A DNA stretch of 64,000 nucleotides from the human T2T-CHM13v2.0 reference genome, Homo sapiens, in assembly GCF_009914755.1 (NCBI RefSeq), contig NC_060935.1; one strand, written 5' to 3'. The notes beneath the pieces are model-generated. The model saw only the letters and a program-made list of their open reading frames with translations, searched no databases and had not been told where the DNA came from. This document shows positions 15,850 to 29,649 of the stretch, one piece after another. Position numbers and translations under genes: made by a program. The stretch's first letter is position 1, and each line of letters starts with the position of its first letter.

Positions 15850-16674
15850 AGTTGTGATTTGTGAGTTTTCTTGGGAGGGTGTAAAGGAAGATAATATGCG
15901 GGCATATATTTGGTAAAAGGAGGTTTTCCCTTTTATCTGTAAAGAAGGGGATCTCTCCTCAATAGTCTTTCTTTTGTTGAAACCCGTAGGGGCTACCTTG
16001 ACTAAGAAAAATGGGGCTGAATGACATCTTAAATTGTTCCCCGAAGGCCTTGAGATGGCTTGTTCAAGCATCTTTGGGTCCCTCCAGACTCTTGTTACAA
16101 ATTCAAATAGCACAAAATCCTTCAGATAATTTGCTGGTTGCTCCATAATTCCTGTTTTTCCCCCATAAAATTGCTGGTGATTATATTGGTTTAAAGAACT
16201 TGCTTAGAGAAAAATAATAATAACTGAATAAAAATGAAATTCCGTGGATTTTGATTTTAATGAAGGGCACATAGAGATTATTTATTCTTTAAAAAAATGT
16301 TAATAGACACTTCAGATAATATATGGAAAATATATATTTTGTAAGTGAATCTGCAATTACACAGTTAGTAAAACACATTGTAATGTAGTCCTTAACACAT
16401 CAGATACCGTTTTTGTATCTCTTTATATTTTTCAATAGTCCATCTAATGTATTCTAAATGTATTATTGCTTTCATCAAGTTGAAAATGATTTTGAATAAG
16501 CATTTCTGTGCCCAAATAAATCGTAGGTCCTTGAACCTCCAAATGGTGATTGAAATAAAATAAAACTAGGCATTTAAGATTTTGGTTTCAATTTTCTGAC
16601 TCAATCATGAAAGAAATATAACTTACATTTACATTTTTTAGATAGTGTTTAAATTTACAATTTGCAATCCAACA

Positions 16675-16895
16675 TAGAGGTAGTGTCATACAGAGAAAAG
16701 AATACTGAATTTGGAATCAGAGTTGATTTACGAACCATCTCTACCATTTACTGCCTTTGGATAAGTTACTTACTTAAATTCTTTGGGTGACAGAGTCTCC
16801 TTTTGTAAAATGGCAATACTCCCTATTGCACAGGGTTATTGTGGCAATCAATGACAGTGCACCTGAAAACATATTAGAAAACTTTTTAATGCTGT
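16675..16895 (+). mobile_element. MIR SINE
   Basis: GAATTTGGAATCAGA...GGATAAGTTACTT...TGTAAAATGG...CACAGGGTTATTGTG core. Confidence 0.75.
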
Positions 16896-17629
16896 CAGAA
16901 AGTGGTAAAAGGACTTTATTTTTTCAGCATATGCATCTTTAGGAAAGCTGTAACATAGATACATTCTAAGATTTTTAAGCACGGTAGGTAAAAATGAATG
17001 AGCAGGCCTGGAATTTCTGCTTTATTTATTAGGGGATTCTAAAGTAAGAAATAATACGGTCAACTCTACTTGTAAGTGCTAATGGCAAATGTCGTGGCAG
17101 TCACAAATGGTCTATGCTACCAAAAGGGTTCACATCTATGAAATATTTTAATCAGGCGGTATCTGGTTCATCTAAGATAACTGAATGCTAGAAAAACAAT
17201 CAAATGAATAAAAATATATTTAAAATCTGAGGCATTCACACTATTTAAATTTCAAAGTAAAAATGGTTCTATTTCACTATTTCATCCCCCAATCATTTTC
17301 TGAGAATTTGGCTTATGTTCTAAGGGTAGCTCCATTATTATCATTGTTGTTGCTATTAATCAGGATAGAGGATTGGTCACATAAGAAATATATTTATGGA
17401 TAAAAATTACCTTAATTAAGCTGTGGCACCATGAAACAAATGAATCCCTATAGGGATTATGTAGGTAATTCCACACTTGAAATACTCCTATATTACGAAG
17501 AAGCTTGGTTTTTGTTTTGTTCTTGCTTTATGTTTTTAGAGTATTTTGTGTTAGTTCTCCACGTTTTAAATTATAGCTTTTACTTCATCTTTATATGCTC
17601 TGAGCATTTAGGGGAAAAATCATATCACA

Positions 17630-17830
17630 TACATTCTGGAATTGTCATTCAAATCCTGCCTCTGTTACTGACTAGCTGTGAGACACCGGTCAATTCTTTC
17701 AAGCTTGCTGGGATTCAATGTCCTCATCTGTGTGAATAGAGGATTTGAGTCAATAATCTTCCCAGGACTGCCAGAGTCAAAGTGATTATTACCTCTGTTT
17801 CACTGCAGTTGAAACTGAGGCTCAAGAACA
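17630..17830. mobile_element. MIR fragments (+ core 17630-17745, - core ~17785-17830)
   Basis: TTCAAATCCTGCCTCTG...TAGCTGTG...TCCTCATCTGT; GAAACTGAGGCTCA. Confidence 0.65.
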
Positions 17831-18519
17831 AAGTTCTTCATCCACTAGCCCATTTACTTCCCAACAGTGGAATTTAGAGAGATTTGTAACAGCTTTTTGT
17901 ATTTTCCTTTTGATGTCTCTATCAGCATTTTTTTTGAATGTTAACAAAAATATGAGCTCATATGGAGACTCTTTTTATTAGCTTTGTTTATGTAATTGTC
18001 TCAATGAAAACATTCTTGCAAAATAGAAAATGAATTATCATTAATTCCAAGAATCAAATTTATGAAACATTTCATATATATTGTAATTAACCAAGGTAGG
18101 TGGTTTTGTTCTCAGCTTGAAAATGAAAGAAAATAATTTTCAAGAGTTGTTAGGTTGTGTTTATTTTACTAGAATGTGAAAATTATTAGTTGTCCCTGAT
18201 ATCAAAGCATTGGAAGATATATAAGACTTCAACCCAGATCTGTATGGAGGTTATGTATATATTGTATCATAAAATTTCTCCTAAGAAATTGGGTCAATAA
18301 TATGTTCTATAAACTATGACTGTAATTTGTAGTTGGATTTTAGGAGAACTCCCATCCCATCCATCTCCCTCATTTGCCCCTAAGTTTTCTACTTTACATC
18401 ATTTGTTACTTTTTCCATCTTCCAGGGACCTTATGTCAGCCATATAATGCCTAGTAGAAACAAAAAAGAATTACTCGACATACCTAGTAACCACTAAAAT
18501 GTAGCGAAACATGAAATTT

Positions 18520-18745
18520 CAGAGTGGTTAAGTGCAATGAAGCTGGTATTTTTGCATTTGAATCTAGGTTCCAAGGCTTATTAGGTTTGTGGTCTTTATA
18601 AGTTAGATGAACTCTCTAAGCCTTAATAACTTTGTTTGTACAGTGTTGATAATACGAATAGCATCAGACTTCATGTTTTGATGGTTTGATGAAATTAGTT
18701 AACTTTTCATGAGAAAATATTAGATACAAAGAGGTAGGTAATAAT
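18520..18745 (+). mobile_element. MIR SINE
   Basis: AGTGGTTAAG...TTTGAATC...AACTCTCTAAGCCT. Confidence 0.55.
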
Positions 18746-18854
18746 CTCAGGCATTCTGATATCACTGGAAGCATAAATTTTTAAAATCTTCCACCTAATT
18801 TGAGCTTTCCATATTTATCTGAATGACAATTTATGCATTTGGTGATTCATATGA

Positions 18855-19367
<513 letters not shown>

Positions 19368-20109
19368 CTAGCCATGATTTCCATGAAAGAAATGCTTGAG
19401 CCATTTCCTTTATACCATTTACTTTTATCATATTGATTCCATCTATAACTGCACAGAACTCTAGAAAACTGGGCCTGTGAGTTTACATTTGGATGAGAGA
19501 GATTGGAAGTAAAATCCAGGACAAAGGCTACTTCTCAGTCGATATCCTGAACCGTTGTTCAAAACATGGGGAATGAAAGTACAATCTGCTGAGTTAACAG
19601 AAATTTCATCTACAAGATGGTGCACAGTGCTTATTTTTGTGGGTTTGCCATCTTGAACAAAAATATTAGGTGTTATATTTTCACTGAATGAGTATAACAA
19701 TAGCTTTGTTAAACGACTTATTTAATGTCGTGTTGTAATCTGTCATATTTTGTATTTCAAACTTGATTATGTTTTGGACATTTAGTGTCATGTGCATGTG
19801 TGTGTGTACTCAGTTCCACAGTATAAGGATCTAACCCATATTACAAAAGAAAATATAGACCTGCAAAATTCGAGGGGAGGATGAATGACATATATACTAC
19901 AAGAAAAAAAGACTACTGTATTTCTGTATTTTGCCACAAGTGGAACAACAAGGATATATATTTACTATTGTGAAACAATCATTCAGTGTAAAGGAATAGG
20001 GGTTATTTTGTATATTCTTCATATGCTTAATTTATAATTAAGTCTGTTGAATAAACAGGGTGTGTACCTTGTGCTTCCTTCATAATGCTCTCACAAGGTT
20101 TCTGTAAGT

Positions 20110-22330
20110 TCTCTTCACAGTTATCATTTAGATATGATTGACAACCTAGATTAGACCAGCAGTAGCTACAGTTGAAAACAGATTAGAGACATAGGTGTTA
20201 TAGGCATCAAGTGCAAAGAGGATATATGATACAGCAGGAATGGCAACCATAGAAATGCAGCCAGTGGCTAATGTATGTTGGACCTGATCAAGCATGATCT
20301 CATTTATAACACTTTCATCAGATCAGCTATTGCTGGGTGTTGTGCAACCTAACATCTTGATAGATCAGATGTCACCTGATTAGACATCTGAAGTCACATG
20401 ATACCTTAATAGACCATGGAAAGCTTTCCATTTTTGTCTAAGTCCAAATAAGCCAGAAACTGCTGCTCCATAGAATAGTTAGCTGTAAAGAATGATGTAG
20501 AGTTTCTCCAAAATCCTGTGCTGTTATTACTCAATATAGCCCTGGAAAAGGCTCCACACAACACCCCTATTAATCATAGACCCTTCAAAAGCCATTATTG
20601 CCTCCTGGGTCAATATGGTTCATGTACTGGAATAACTTACCCAGAAGCCAAGACCTATTACTAAGAATTTTCTTGCTTTGAGCCCTGCTTAAGTGTGACA
20701 ATCTTTTGGGTTTCTTGGTAAATGGGCTTGAATAGCATGTCCATAAAGGGTATACAGTCCTTCAGATCCAAACAGGTTCACTAAGCATGGTGCTATTTTT
20801 CACCTTAGATGATATAGCTATAAAATATATGTATAATATTTATATTATATATATATACAGACATTTTTTAAGAAATTTTATCAATGTGGAAAACCATTAA
20901 TTTTCTCTGTATTTATTTTCCACCCTTCGGTACACATATGTCTTATCAATATATCTAGGCTAGTTATTACTTCTGTTTATCAGCTCCAATATATATGAAA
21001 CGATCAATCTAATGAATACATATAATATGAGGAATGGAAAAGGGATCAATTTCCCTGTGGGATAGATTATGATGTAGTTGATACAGCTCTGTGGTAAGAA
21101 AATGAAGCTGTATTACTGGATGTGCCAGCTACATGCAAACTGTTTCTGGTGTCCTTACTAAAATGCAGAAAATAAACAACACATTCCCAGATCAATATCT
21201 GAATATCAGGTGCCAGGGTATGTGCTCATTTGCTCCATCAAAGAAATTACATCTGGAGCAGCAGTTGAAATTGAAGTTACCACAGGATTAAGTTTACAAT
21301 AACCCACTTTCTCTAAGATCCATTTATCTTTGGCACAAGAAAATAAGCAAGTGGAATTGGGGTGTGATTGAAATCACTAACCCTACATAATTCAAGTTTG
21401 TGATTGTGGAACTAATCTCATAGTCTTTCTAGGAAAACAACATGTCCTTTTTTGACATACAGTTTTATATTTTGCTGTCAGATAACCAGTGTGGGGTTTC
21501 TGCCAGTTGCTGAGTTTGTCTCTTTCAACTATGCATGTAAGAATTGAGAAAATAATTATACCAAGGGTTTGGAGTTTCACTGTTCCCACTGTGAGATGGA
21601 CCTGAGGCAACTCCATTAATTACTTGACTCTCATTACACCCTGCACTGAGGTTGCACCACAGTGGCAATTTTATTTTCAGGAATTAGTGTTAGTTCAGGT
21701 CAATTTGTAAAAGAATCTCTGAAAGTCTGGTTATTTGCCCTTTACCAACTCAAAATAACTCTACTATATAATGAAGATTCACTGGAGAAAAACTAGAAGG
21801 AAGATTTATAAAATATATTTTTGACAGGATTTCCCTGTACTTTTTTCAAAGGGACTCATCCTCCCTTTTTTAGTAAGGGTACGACTATGTAAACTGATTC
21901 AAGCCTGGAAAATAATCAAGGGGCCAGAAGTCTCTACTCTGGCCATTAAGATAAGATTTGTGTTCACTAGACCATGAGTTTCCAAGTTAAAAATAATTAA
22001 CAGACTGACCACTGATTTCAGTCCCAAGGACACCATAATAAATTAGCCAGAATAAAAAAACTCTGTAGTTCTATGCTGCCAGTTACAGTAACCATTACAA
22101 AATTTGCATTTGGCAGTTAAATGCAAGCTACCTTCCTCCTTCAACTCCAGGAATTCATTTGATGACAAGCATTTCTACTGTCACTCCTGGCCTGTAAAGA
22201 ACAGCTATTGCGGAGTTCTTTAAGAATGCTAGTGCTCCACTTACCACTGTATGCTTTAAAGCTTCAGTGAAAAGATTGTCCGCCTCCAAGACACAGAGTT
22301 AGGGGTTGAGTAAGCAGATGTTTCCTAATA
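20110..22330 (-). mobile_element. Decayed ERVL-class internal region (protease, RT, RNase H remnants)
   Basis: Minus 21307-21230 reads VGYCKLNPVVTSISTAAPDVISLMEQ (ERVL RT-like VDYRKLNQVVTPIAAAVPDVVSLLEQ); ORF 21392-21616 QVHLTVG...LSNWQKPHTGYLT resembles the ERVL protease end. Confidence 0.85.
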
Positions 22331-22336
22331 TATTCA

Positions 22337-22696
22337 TGTATTAATCCATTCTCATGCTGCTATAAAGAAATACCCAAGACTGGGTAATTTATAAAAGAAA
22401 GAGGTTTAATTGACTCACAGTTCCGCATTGCTGGGGAGGCTTCAGGAAACTTAGCGATCATGGTGGAAGGCAAAGGAGAAGCAGGGCAGCAAAATGGAGA
22501 GGGCAAGCAGGGGAAATGCCAGACGCTTATGAAACCATTAGATCTCCTGAGACTCACTCATTTTCACAAGAACAGCATGGGGGAAACCACCCCATGATTC
22601 AATTACCTCCAACTTGTCCCTCCTTTGACACATGAGGTTACGGGAATTACAATTCAAGGTGAGATTTGGGGGGGGACACAAAGCCAAACCATATCA
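22337..22696 (-). mobile_element. THE1C/D solo LTR inserted in the ERVL remnant
   Basis: TGTATTAATCCATTCTCATGCTGC...AGCCAAACCATATCA, 360 bp; degenerate TSD ATTCA/GTCCA. Confidence 0.9.
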
Positions 22697-22749
22697 GTCC
22701 ACCTCAGGATCTCAATCTCAATATGCCTGTGGATACTTTCTTATAAAAT

Positions 22750-22940
22750 AGGACTGTCCAAAAACTTCTTGCAATGAAGGAGTTATTTTATATCTATGTT
22801 ATTTAGTGTGGTGACCACTACTTAGAAAAGACTTGTAAGTCCTTATAATATGGCTAATACAATAAACAAATGAATTTAACTTAATTCATATTAATTAAAA
22901 TAACCACATGTATCCAATACCATCACATTGAAAAGCACAG
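22750..22940. mobile_element. MER3-like hAT-Charlie MITE
   Basis: CTGTCCAA...TGCAATGAAGGA start; AACCACATGT...CATTGAAAAGCACAG end. Confidence 0.65.
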
Positions 22941-23271
22941 ATATACAGATTAGTAAGAAAGTTCTGGCATCACAACTTCGTTTGTCATCAATTATAATTT
23001 TTTCTGTGTTTGAGCAGCCAACCAAGCGAACCGCTATAGGTCACCCAGCTACTTGAGCAAAGACACTGAAATCAGACACTTGTTAGTGCAATTATATCAA
23101 CAACATTAGTTTGAGCTAAGATTTTATTAATCCTGATCCAGCATGCTTAGAATCCATTATGTCTTTGAATCTAGTTAAATCAAGACGCCAATTCCAGATT
23201 CCAATAATTAAAGTTCTATTTTCTGGGGACCACTTCTTTTGCTATAATAATAACTGTTTTAGTCATGCTCC

Positions 23272-23869
23272 AGTCAGGGAACCAGGATCACAGGGTCACT
23301 GTGAGTGTTACATAATGACACATTTATTTATAAGAATTAGTTTTTACAGAATTGTTTAAAGAGCTCTGGGAGGAGAAGTTGGAGATTCAGAAAAAGAGTA
23401 ACTAACCTGATCTCCTTAAGCACAGGCTTGGATTGACAGAACTTCCCAGGAAATCTAATGAGCTAAGCTCATTCAGCTACTGAAATGGGACTGGGTAGGG
23501 CAGACTTTGAAGAGGTGTATGAGAAGCTGTTGACTTTGGCTAACTCCATCTCTGTGGATCTGCATGCAAATGTCTGATTGTGGAATTGGGGCCATTGTTC
23601 ATCAGCAAGGCCAAAAAATGGGTAGATGAGCTGGACACGAGCACAGAAGTGAAAGGATAGGCTAGGACCTGGTGAGAGCCCTTTGCATCTGACTGTCATG
23701 ACATCTGGTAGTGAAAACCTGAGATTAATGACCACTGCTTTATCCATATCGTCCACATCTCATGGTAGCTTCTATTTTGGTCAACTCCAAAATGGGAACA
23801 TACAGGGAAGTTATTCTGGAACATACAATTCCAAACTTAACCAAGTTGACATTGGTAAAATACAGCACA
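23272..23869 (-). mobile_element. Ancient LTR (LTR78/79-like, tentative)
   Basis: End ATTCTGGAACATACAATTCC...AACCAAGTTGACA...CAGCACA resembles recalled old LTR termini. Confidence 0.4.
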
Positions 23870-24199
23870 CTTCCCAATTTTATTACATACTTCTCAGATT
23901 AGCAACAATGTATCAGAAACAATATCTGTCCCAGAGTTTGGATGAGTAATTAATGGTAGTGATAGAATTTGAAGAAGGATCATGAGAGTGCAGTGTTAAA
24001 AACAGCAGGTCAGGTTTTTCTTTAAGATCATTGATATGCCACAGCTCTCTGCTCCCTGCTATGATGAGGGAGACAATACACAGTCTCTGTGATGAAGAAT
24101 TATGCCACCCTAATGGCACCTGCTAATAAACTAATACCACTAGTCTGAAAATACTTTACAAACTCATGATTATTGAAATCACCTCCTATAGCCATATTT

Positions 24200-24625
24200 T
24201 TCCTTAAACTCTCTTTTACTATAGCTTATTGGATTAGATATGTATCCTTAGTCAAGTTAGGCCAATGGCAGTCTCTCTTCTGGGTGATTGCAATTAGGCC
24301 CAAGAGAGGATGTGTCATTTTCCCTGTGAATTGAAAACTCCACAGCTGATTTGTCCTGTGGGCCAGAATAGCAAAGTAAATCAATCTAGCCTGAGTATGA
24401 GAAAAACAGGTCTAAAACTGATTTGCTGTGAGATGCAATGTCCAGAGAAAAAGAAATATTTTTCATCACTAATTCTCTAACTTCACTTTTTTGAGGTTTA
24501 TTTCTGCTATGACTTCATGCAAAACTCCCTTTTTGTTGTTTTTATTTGTTTGTTTGTTTCTCAAATAACTCCCCTGATATGCTTAAGCCTAGTTTGAATT
24601 TATTTACATTAAAAATGTCCTAATA
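24200..24625 (+). mobile_element. LTR16/LTR33-like ERVL LTR
   Basis: AGTTAGGCCAATG and GCTTAAGCCTAGTTTGA motifs. Confidence 0.45.
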
Positions 24626-24834
24626 TTGGACCCATATTTGAATTGCTCCAGATAGCAATACAACCTAGGAAGTAACCAGGAAATAATTCATCAATTTATT
24701 TCTTTTCTAGTGGGTTGGACAACAATATCTATTTCCCAGGATTGCCTGTGTATTATGGCTTCATGAAGATGGGTGATAAATGTTAAATACCAAAAAAAAA
24801 AAACCAGGATTAAAATATTCCATGTCAGTAAGTC

Positions 24835-25030
24835 AAGGTAACGTAGCTAAAACAGCCCATTCTAGAGACAGATGTGTTTGGTCCACATCCTAATTCCTCC
24901 TTATGACATATGAAACCTTAGACAACTACTCTTTGGTTCTTATTTCTCTTACATGTAAAATGAGGATGATAATAGCACTGATAAGATAGGGTGGTTGCTT
25001 TAATTGCTTGAGTTAATATATGTAACATAT
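24835..25030 (+). mobile_element. MIR SINE
   Basis: TGTAAAATGAGGATGATAATAG...ATAGGGTGGTTG...TGAGTTAATATATGTAA. Confidence 0.7.
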
Positions 25031-26439
25031 AAAATATATATTTTAACATTTAATATATGTTAAATAGTATTATTACTATCAATTATAGAAATCTGTACCC
25101 CCAATATAAGAGTATTTTTCATATTTGGTGGAATAAATTTATTAATTTTGATATAGTACCATTATTAGAAAACTGTATATGCATGCAGTTTCAGGCTCAG
25201 TATTTCACAAGAGATGATGGCATTTCTTGAGTTGGACAAAAGCTACTTTTTTATATTTCTTATGCTGGTTGTCAGTAATTTTTCTGCAAAGATAAAATCA
25301 TAAATCCCTTCCTGGATCATAAGTCCCAATTATGCTGATATAAAAGTATTTGAAGATAGGAGAATATAAACAATCATTTTCCAGTTTGTTTACTGGACTG
25401 ACCATGTTCCTTTGTTATCAATATTATATTGATATAATGCTTGAAATCTTTGATATTATCAAGTAAATTGTAGCAGATGGAAAAGCAGAAGGATTAGCAG
25501 GTAACCCTAAAAAGGACAAAATAGAGAGAGGGCAGTTTATTTCCAAGACGTGTCATAGTAGGTGTCAAAGGAGAATTATATAGAAGCAGTTTATGATCTT
25601 TGGGTAGTTACATATAAGTCACATGTATGCAGAATAAACAGAAGCAATGAAATATTCACTCAAGACAACATAGTTAGATATTTACATTGCTTGAAAAATA
25701 ATATCTGTACTATATCTGAAGTGATTTGACAGTTTGTTTTTTATTCTCTGTAGTCTAGAAGCCAGTGATGCTTCTAAATTTAATGATACACAATCATTTT
25801 TCCGTAACTCTGTTTTCCTATAAGCTAGTAATGTAGGTATGTCATATGTCTGTAAATACTTCTAAGTTAGACTGACTTACTCAACAAAAGGCTTTTGTTA
25901 TTTGTTGTAGTTCTACATTTCTATGTGCTTCTACAAACCCTATATTTTTACTGTGTCTTTGTCAATAACTCCATTTAAGTACTTAGCCCTCTTCTCTCTA
26001 GAAATGATAAAGTCTGAGAGACGTTACGAAAGGAAAGAACAGGTTAGCTCAGAATTATATATTTCAATTGTTTTCTAGAAACTCTAAAAGCAATGATGCA
26101 CTTTTCATTTCCACAATACACTTTTGCGAGACTCCTCTCCCATATGGGTCCTAGAGTCAATTTCCAGAAGTAGAAGGAGCTTTGGAGATTACATTAGAAT
26201 TAAAAAACTGAGGCTGGAGTTTGGACCTGATTTAACACAAATCAGAAAGCTGTGACTAACCCCAGGCTTCTAGTTCCCATTCTGTGCCCTATTGTCACTG
26301 TTTTTTATTTTATTGCCTTCTCAATAATTAACCAAATTTGTTCACTTGTGATGGTATATTTAGAAAGATAAAGAAAAAATATTCATTGATGTTATGCTGC
26401 TGATAAGTTTTCATTTAAATTGATGAGCTCATGGCTGCT

Positions 26440-26775
26440 TAATGCTGAAGGCTAGAAGTTCAGGATAAAACTGTTAACAATGTTTATTTCAATCAGAGAC
26501 CTCTCCTTCGTTTATAGATTGGCCATCCTTTTCTTTTTCTTTTCTTTTTTTTTTTTTTTTTTTGTCATCAGATGCTCCAGATGCTCTTTCCTCCATATTT
26601 ATCTGTGTTCTAATCTCCTTTTCTTATAAGGACAATAGCTGTCTTAGGACCCACTTTAGCAACTTCATTTAAACTTTACCTCCTAAAAATCTATGTTCAA
26701 ATATGGTTACATTCTGAGGTACTAGGGGTTAGAACTTCAATGTATACATATTGAAGAACACAATCTGATATGACC
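26440..26775 (-). mobile_element. MLT1B-like MaLR LTR fragment
   Basis: TCTTATAAGGACA...ACATTCTGAGGTACTAGGGGTTAGAACTTCAA. Confidence 0.75.
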
Positions 26776-27637
26776 TTCCCTTTAAGGAAATTTCTTCATT
26801 GTTGCACATAGTAGTGATACTTACATTCTATTGATTAGAATTTAGTCATATGACTATACATATGTAGCCATATGACTAACTATACAGATTTCTATTTCAA
26901 AGAAAGAGTAAACCGTTGTTAAAGTATAAACAAAAATTTCAATCATACTTATTTTGAAAAAAATCACAATTAGAACTAAGAGCATGGTCACCAGTCTACA
27001 AAGAGCTTGCATACCTTATATGCCTATGAGAACCTTGGTTGCAAGAAAAACGTCTCTAATTTATTTAGAAAATAAAGGGTTGTGATCATATAGTGGTCAA
27101 GTACATTGCACTGTGAAAAATAAAGGGATTTTCTTGTGAGTATATGAGGGAAATCCAAAAAGCAAAGGAAAAATGAAAGATTCTGGCCTCAGAGAATTAT
27201 ATCTGAGAAGGTTTAGGAATGTAGATAGACATAACTGAGAACAAGTTCTCATTAGTTCAATATGCCACAAGTTGGATTGATCTGACCCAAGGTTTTCAAT
27301 ATATTCAAAATTCAAATTTCTAGGTTAAAAATTCTGAGTGTATAGAACATGAAAGACATCTATGTCTAAGTGAAGGGATGGCTGGAGACATTCAGAAAAG
27401 CGACACAAATGAATGCAATAATGGGTTACATAAGAAAACAAGGATTATTAATACAAAATCAATATACTAAATATTCTGTCACCGGGGGCCTGGGATAGAG
27501 GAAATGGATGCTGGATGCGAACAAATATAAACTTACAAAATCACCACCCAAATCTAGAGATTCCAAAGTATGTATCTCTATAAACATGAGATAACCAAAT
27601 ACTAAATCAAAATGTAAATGACCATTAGAATGAAACA

Positions 27638-28012
27638 CGGCACATATATACCATTGAATACTATGCAGCCATTAAAAAGGATGAGTTCATGTCCTTTGCA
27701 GGGTCATGGATGCAGCTGGAAACCATCATTCTCAGCAAACTAACACAGGAACACAAAACCAAACACCACATGTTCTCACTCATAAGTGGGAGTTGAACAA
27801 TGAGAACACATGGACACAGGGAGGGGAACATCACACACTGGGGGCCTGTCGGGGGGTGGGGGGGGCTAGGGGAGGGATAGCATTAGGAGAAATACCTAAT
27901 GTAGATAACGGGTTAATGGGTGCAGCAAACCACCATGGCACGTGTATGCCTATGTAACAAACCTGCACGTTCTGCACATGTATCCCAGAACTTAAAGTAT
28001 AATTTAAAAAAA
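27638..28012 (+). mobile_element. L1PA7-like 3' end (~375 bp)
   Basis: ORF2 C-terminus, G-rich 3'UTR, CCCAGAACTTAAAGTATAA then A-tract; the only clearly plus-strand L1 in the window. Confidence 0.92.
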
Positions 28013-29604
28013 TGAAAAATGAAGCTGATGAGAAAAGGAATTTAAACTTTGATCTGAGACTAATGAATGGGAACTAGATGCAAGAAAATAAAAATTATAT
28101 TAAATGAATTTATAATTAAGTGCTTTTATTTAAATCAAAACATGCAAACATAAAGTACATTAATCAAATATATCAATTAAAATATTTTGAAAATTATAAT
28201 ATAATTAAATGTGTAGTGTTGAGTCAAAGAGATTATTTCTAAGATACATAAAACCTATAAAATAAAAATAAATGGATTTACAGGGTAAAAAAAGAAAAGT
28301 CTATACAGTGATCAAACTGTATACTCTGACCTCGTTAAAATTGTATCTGACAAATCTAAAGTTTTTTTCCCCAGAGATCAAGTTTTATTTTATTCCTTTT
28401 TAAAATTTTATAATTTTTTTGATATTTTTCAACATTTTTATTTTTCGTTTTCTTTTTTTTTTTTTTTTTTTACTATTTTATATCACTCGAAGTCCATGAT
28501 TTTATTAGTATTCAGTTTTGGTGTCATGTATTCTACGGATTTGGACAAATGCATCATATGTGTCCACAATTACAGTATCACACACAGTATTTTCATTTTC
28601 CCTAAAATCTACCGCACTCTGCCTGTTCATCCCTCACTACCCCCTAATCTGTGGCAACCACGGATCTTTTTACTGTCTCCATAGTTTTACTTTTCTCTGA
28701 GTGTCAATAGTTGGAATAATAGAGTACATAGCTATTTCAAATTGTCTTCTTTCACTTAATAATATCTATTTAAGTTGTCTCCATGTCTTTTTATGTCTTC
28801 ATAGCCCATTTCTTTTTAGCACTGAAGAATATGATGATGTAGATACACTATCATTTATCAAGTCATCAACTGAAGAACATGTTGGTTGATTCCAAGTTAT
28901 GGCAATTATGCATAAAGCTGCTATAAGCATCCATGTGCTAATTTTTGTGTGGACATACATTTTCAACTCTTTTGATTAAATAGCAAGGAGTTTAACTGCT
29001 GGTTTATATGTAAAAGTATGTTTACTTTTGTAAGAAACTATCAAGTTAACTACCAAAGTGGCCGGACTATTTTGCATTCTGACCAGTAATAAATAAGAAT
29101 TCCTGCTACTCCACATCCTTAGCAGCATTTGGCATTTTCATTGGTCTGAATTTTGGCCTTTCTAAATGGTGCATAGTGGTCTCTCATTGTTTTAATCTTC
29201 ATTTTTCTGATGACATATGTCAAGGAACATCTTTTCATATGCTTATTTGTCATCTGTATACCTTCTCTGGTGAGGTGTTTTAAGGACTTCAGCCCATTTT
29301 TTAATCAGATTATCTTGTTGAATTTTAGGAGAATTTTTTTTTCATATTTTGGATAACAGTTGTTCATATATCTTTTGTAAATATTTTCTTAGTTCGTGAC
29401 TTGTCTTTGATTTGTTTGACATTGTCTTTTGAAGAGAAGAAAATTTCGATTTAAATGAAATCCAGCTTATAAATATTTCTTCCATGGATTCTGTCTTTGT
29501 TGTCATCTCCAAAAAGTCATCACCAAACCCAAGGTCATCTAGATTTTCTCCTATGTTATTTTCTAGGTATTTTATAGGTTTACACTTTAAATTTAGGTCT
29601 GCCG

Positions 29605-29611
<7 letters not shown>

Positions 29612-29646
<35 letters not shown>
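29612..29646. repeat. (TG)17 microsatellite
   Basis: Pure TG run. Confidence 0.95.

Positions 29647-29649
<3 letters not shown>

Noticed and set aside
15586-16146. 186-aa minus-strand ORF
   Set aside because: Runs through the CA microsatellite (THTHTH); no recognisable domain or splice context.
25014-25063. AT-rich inverted repeat
   Set aside because: Only 9-bp arms in near-pure AT sequence; expected by chance.
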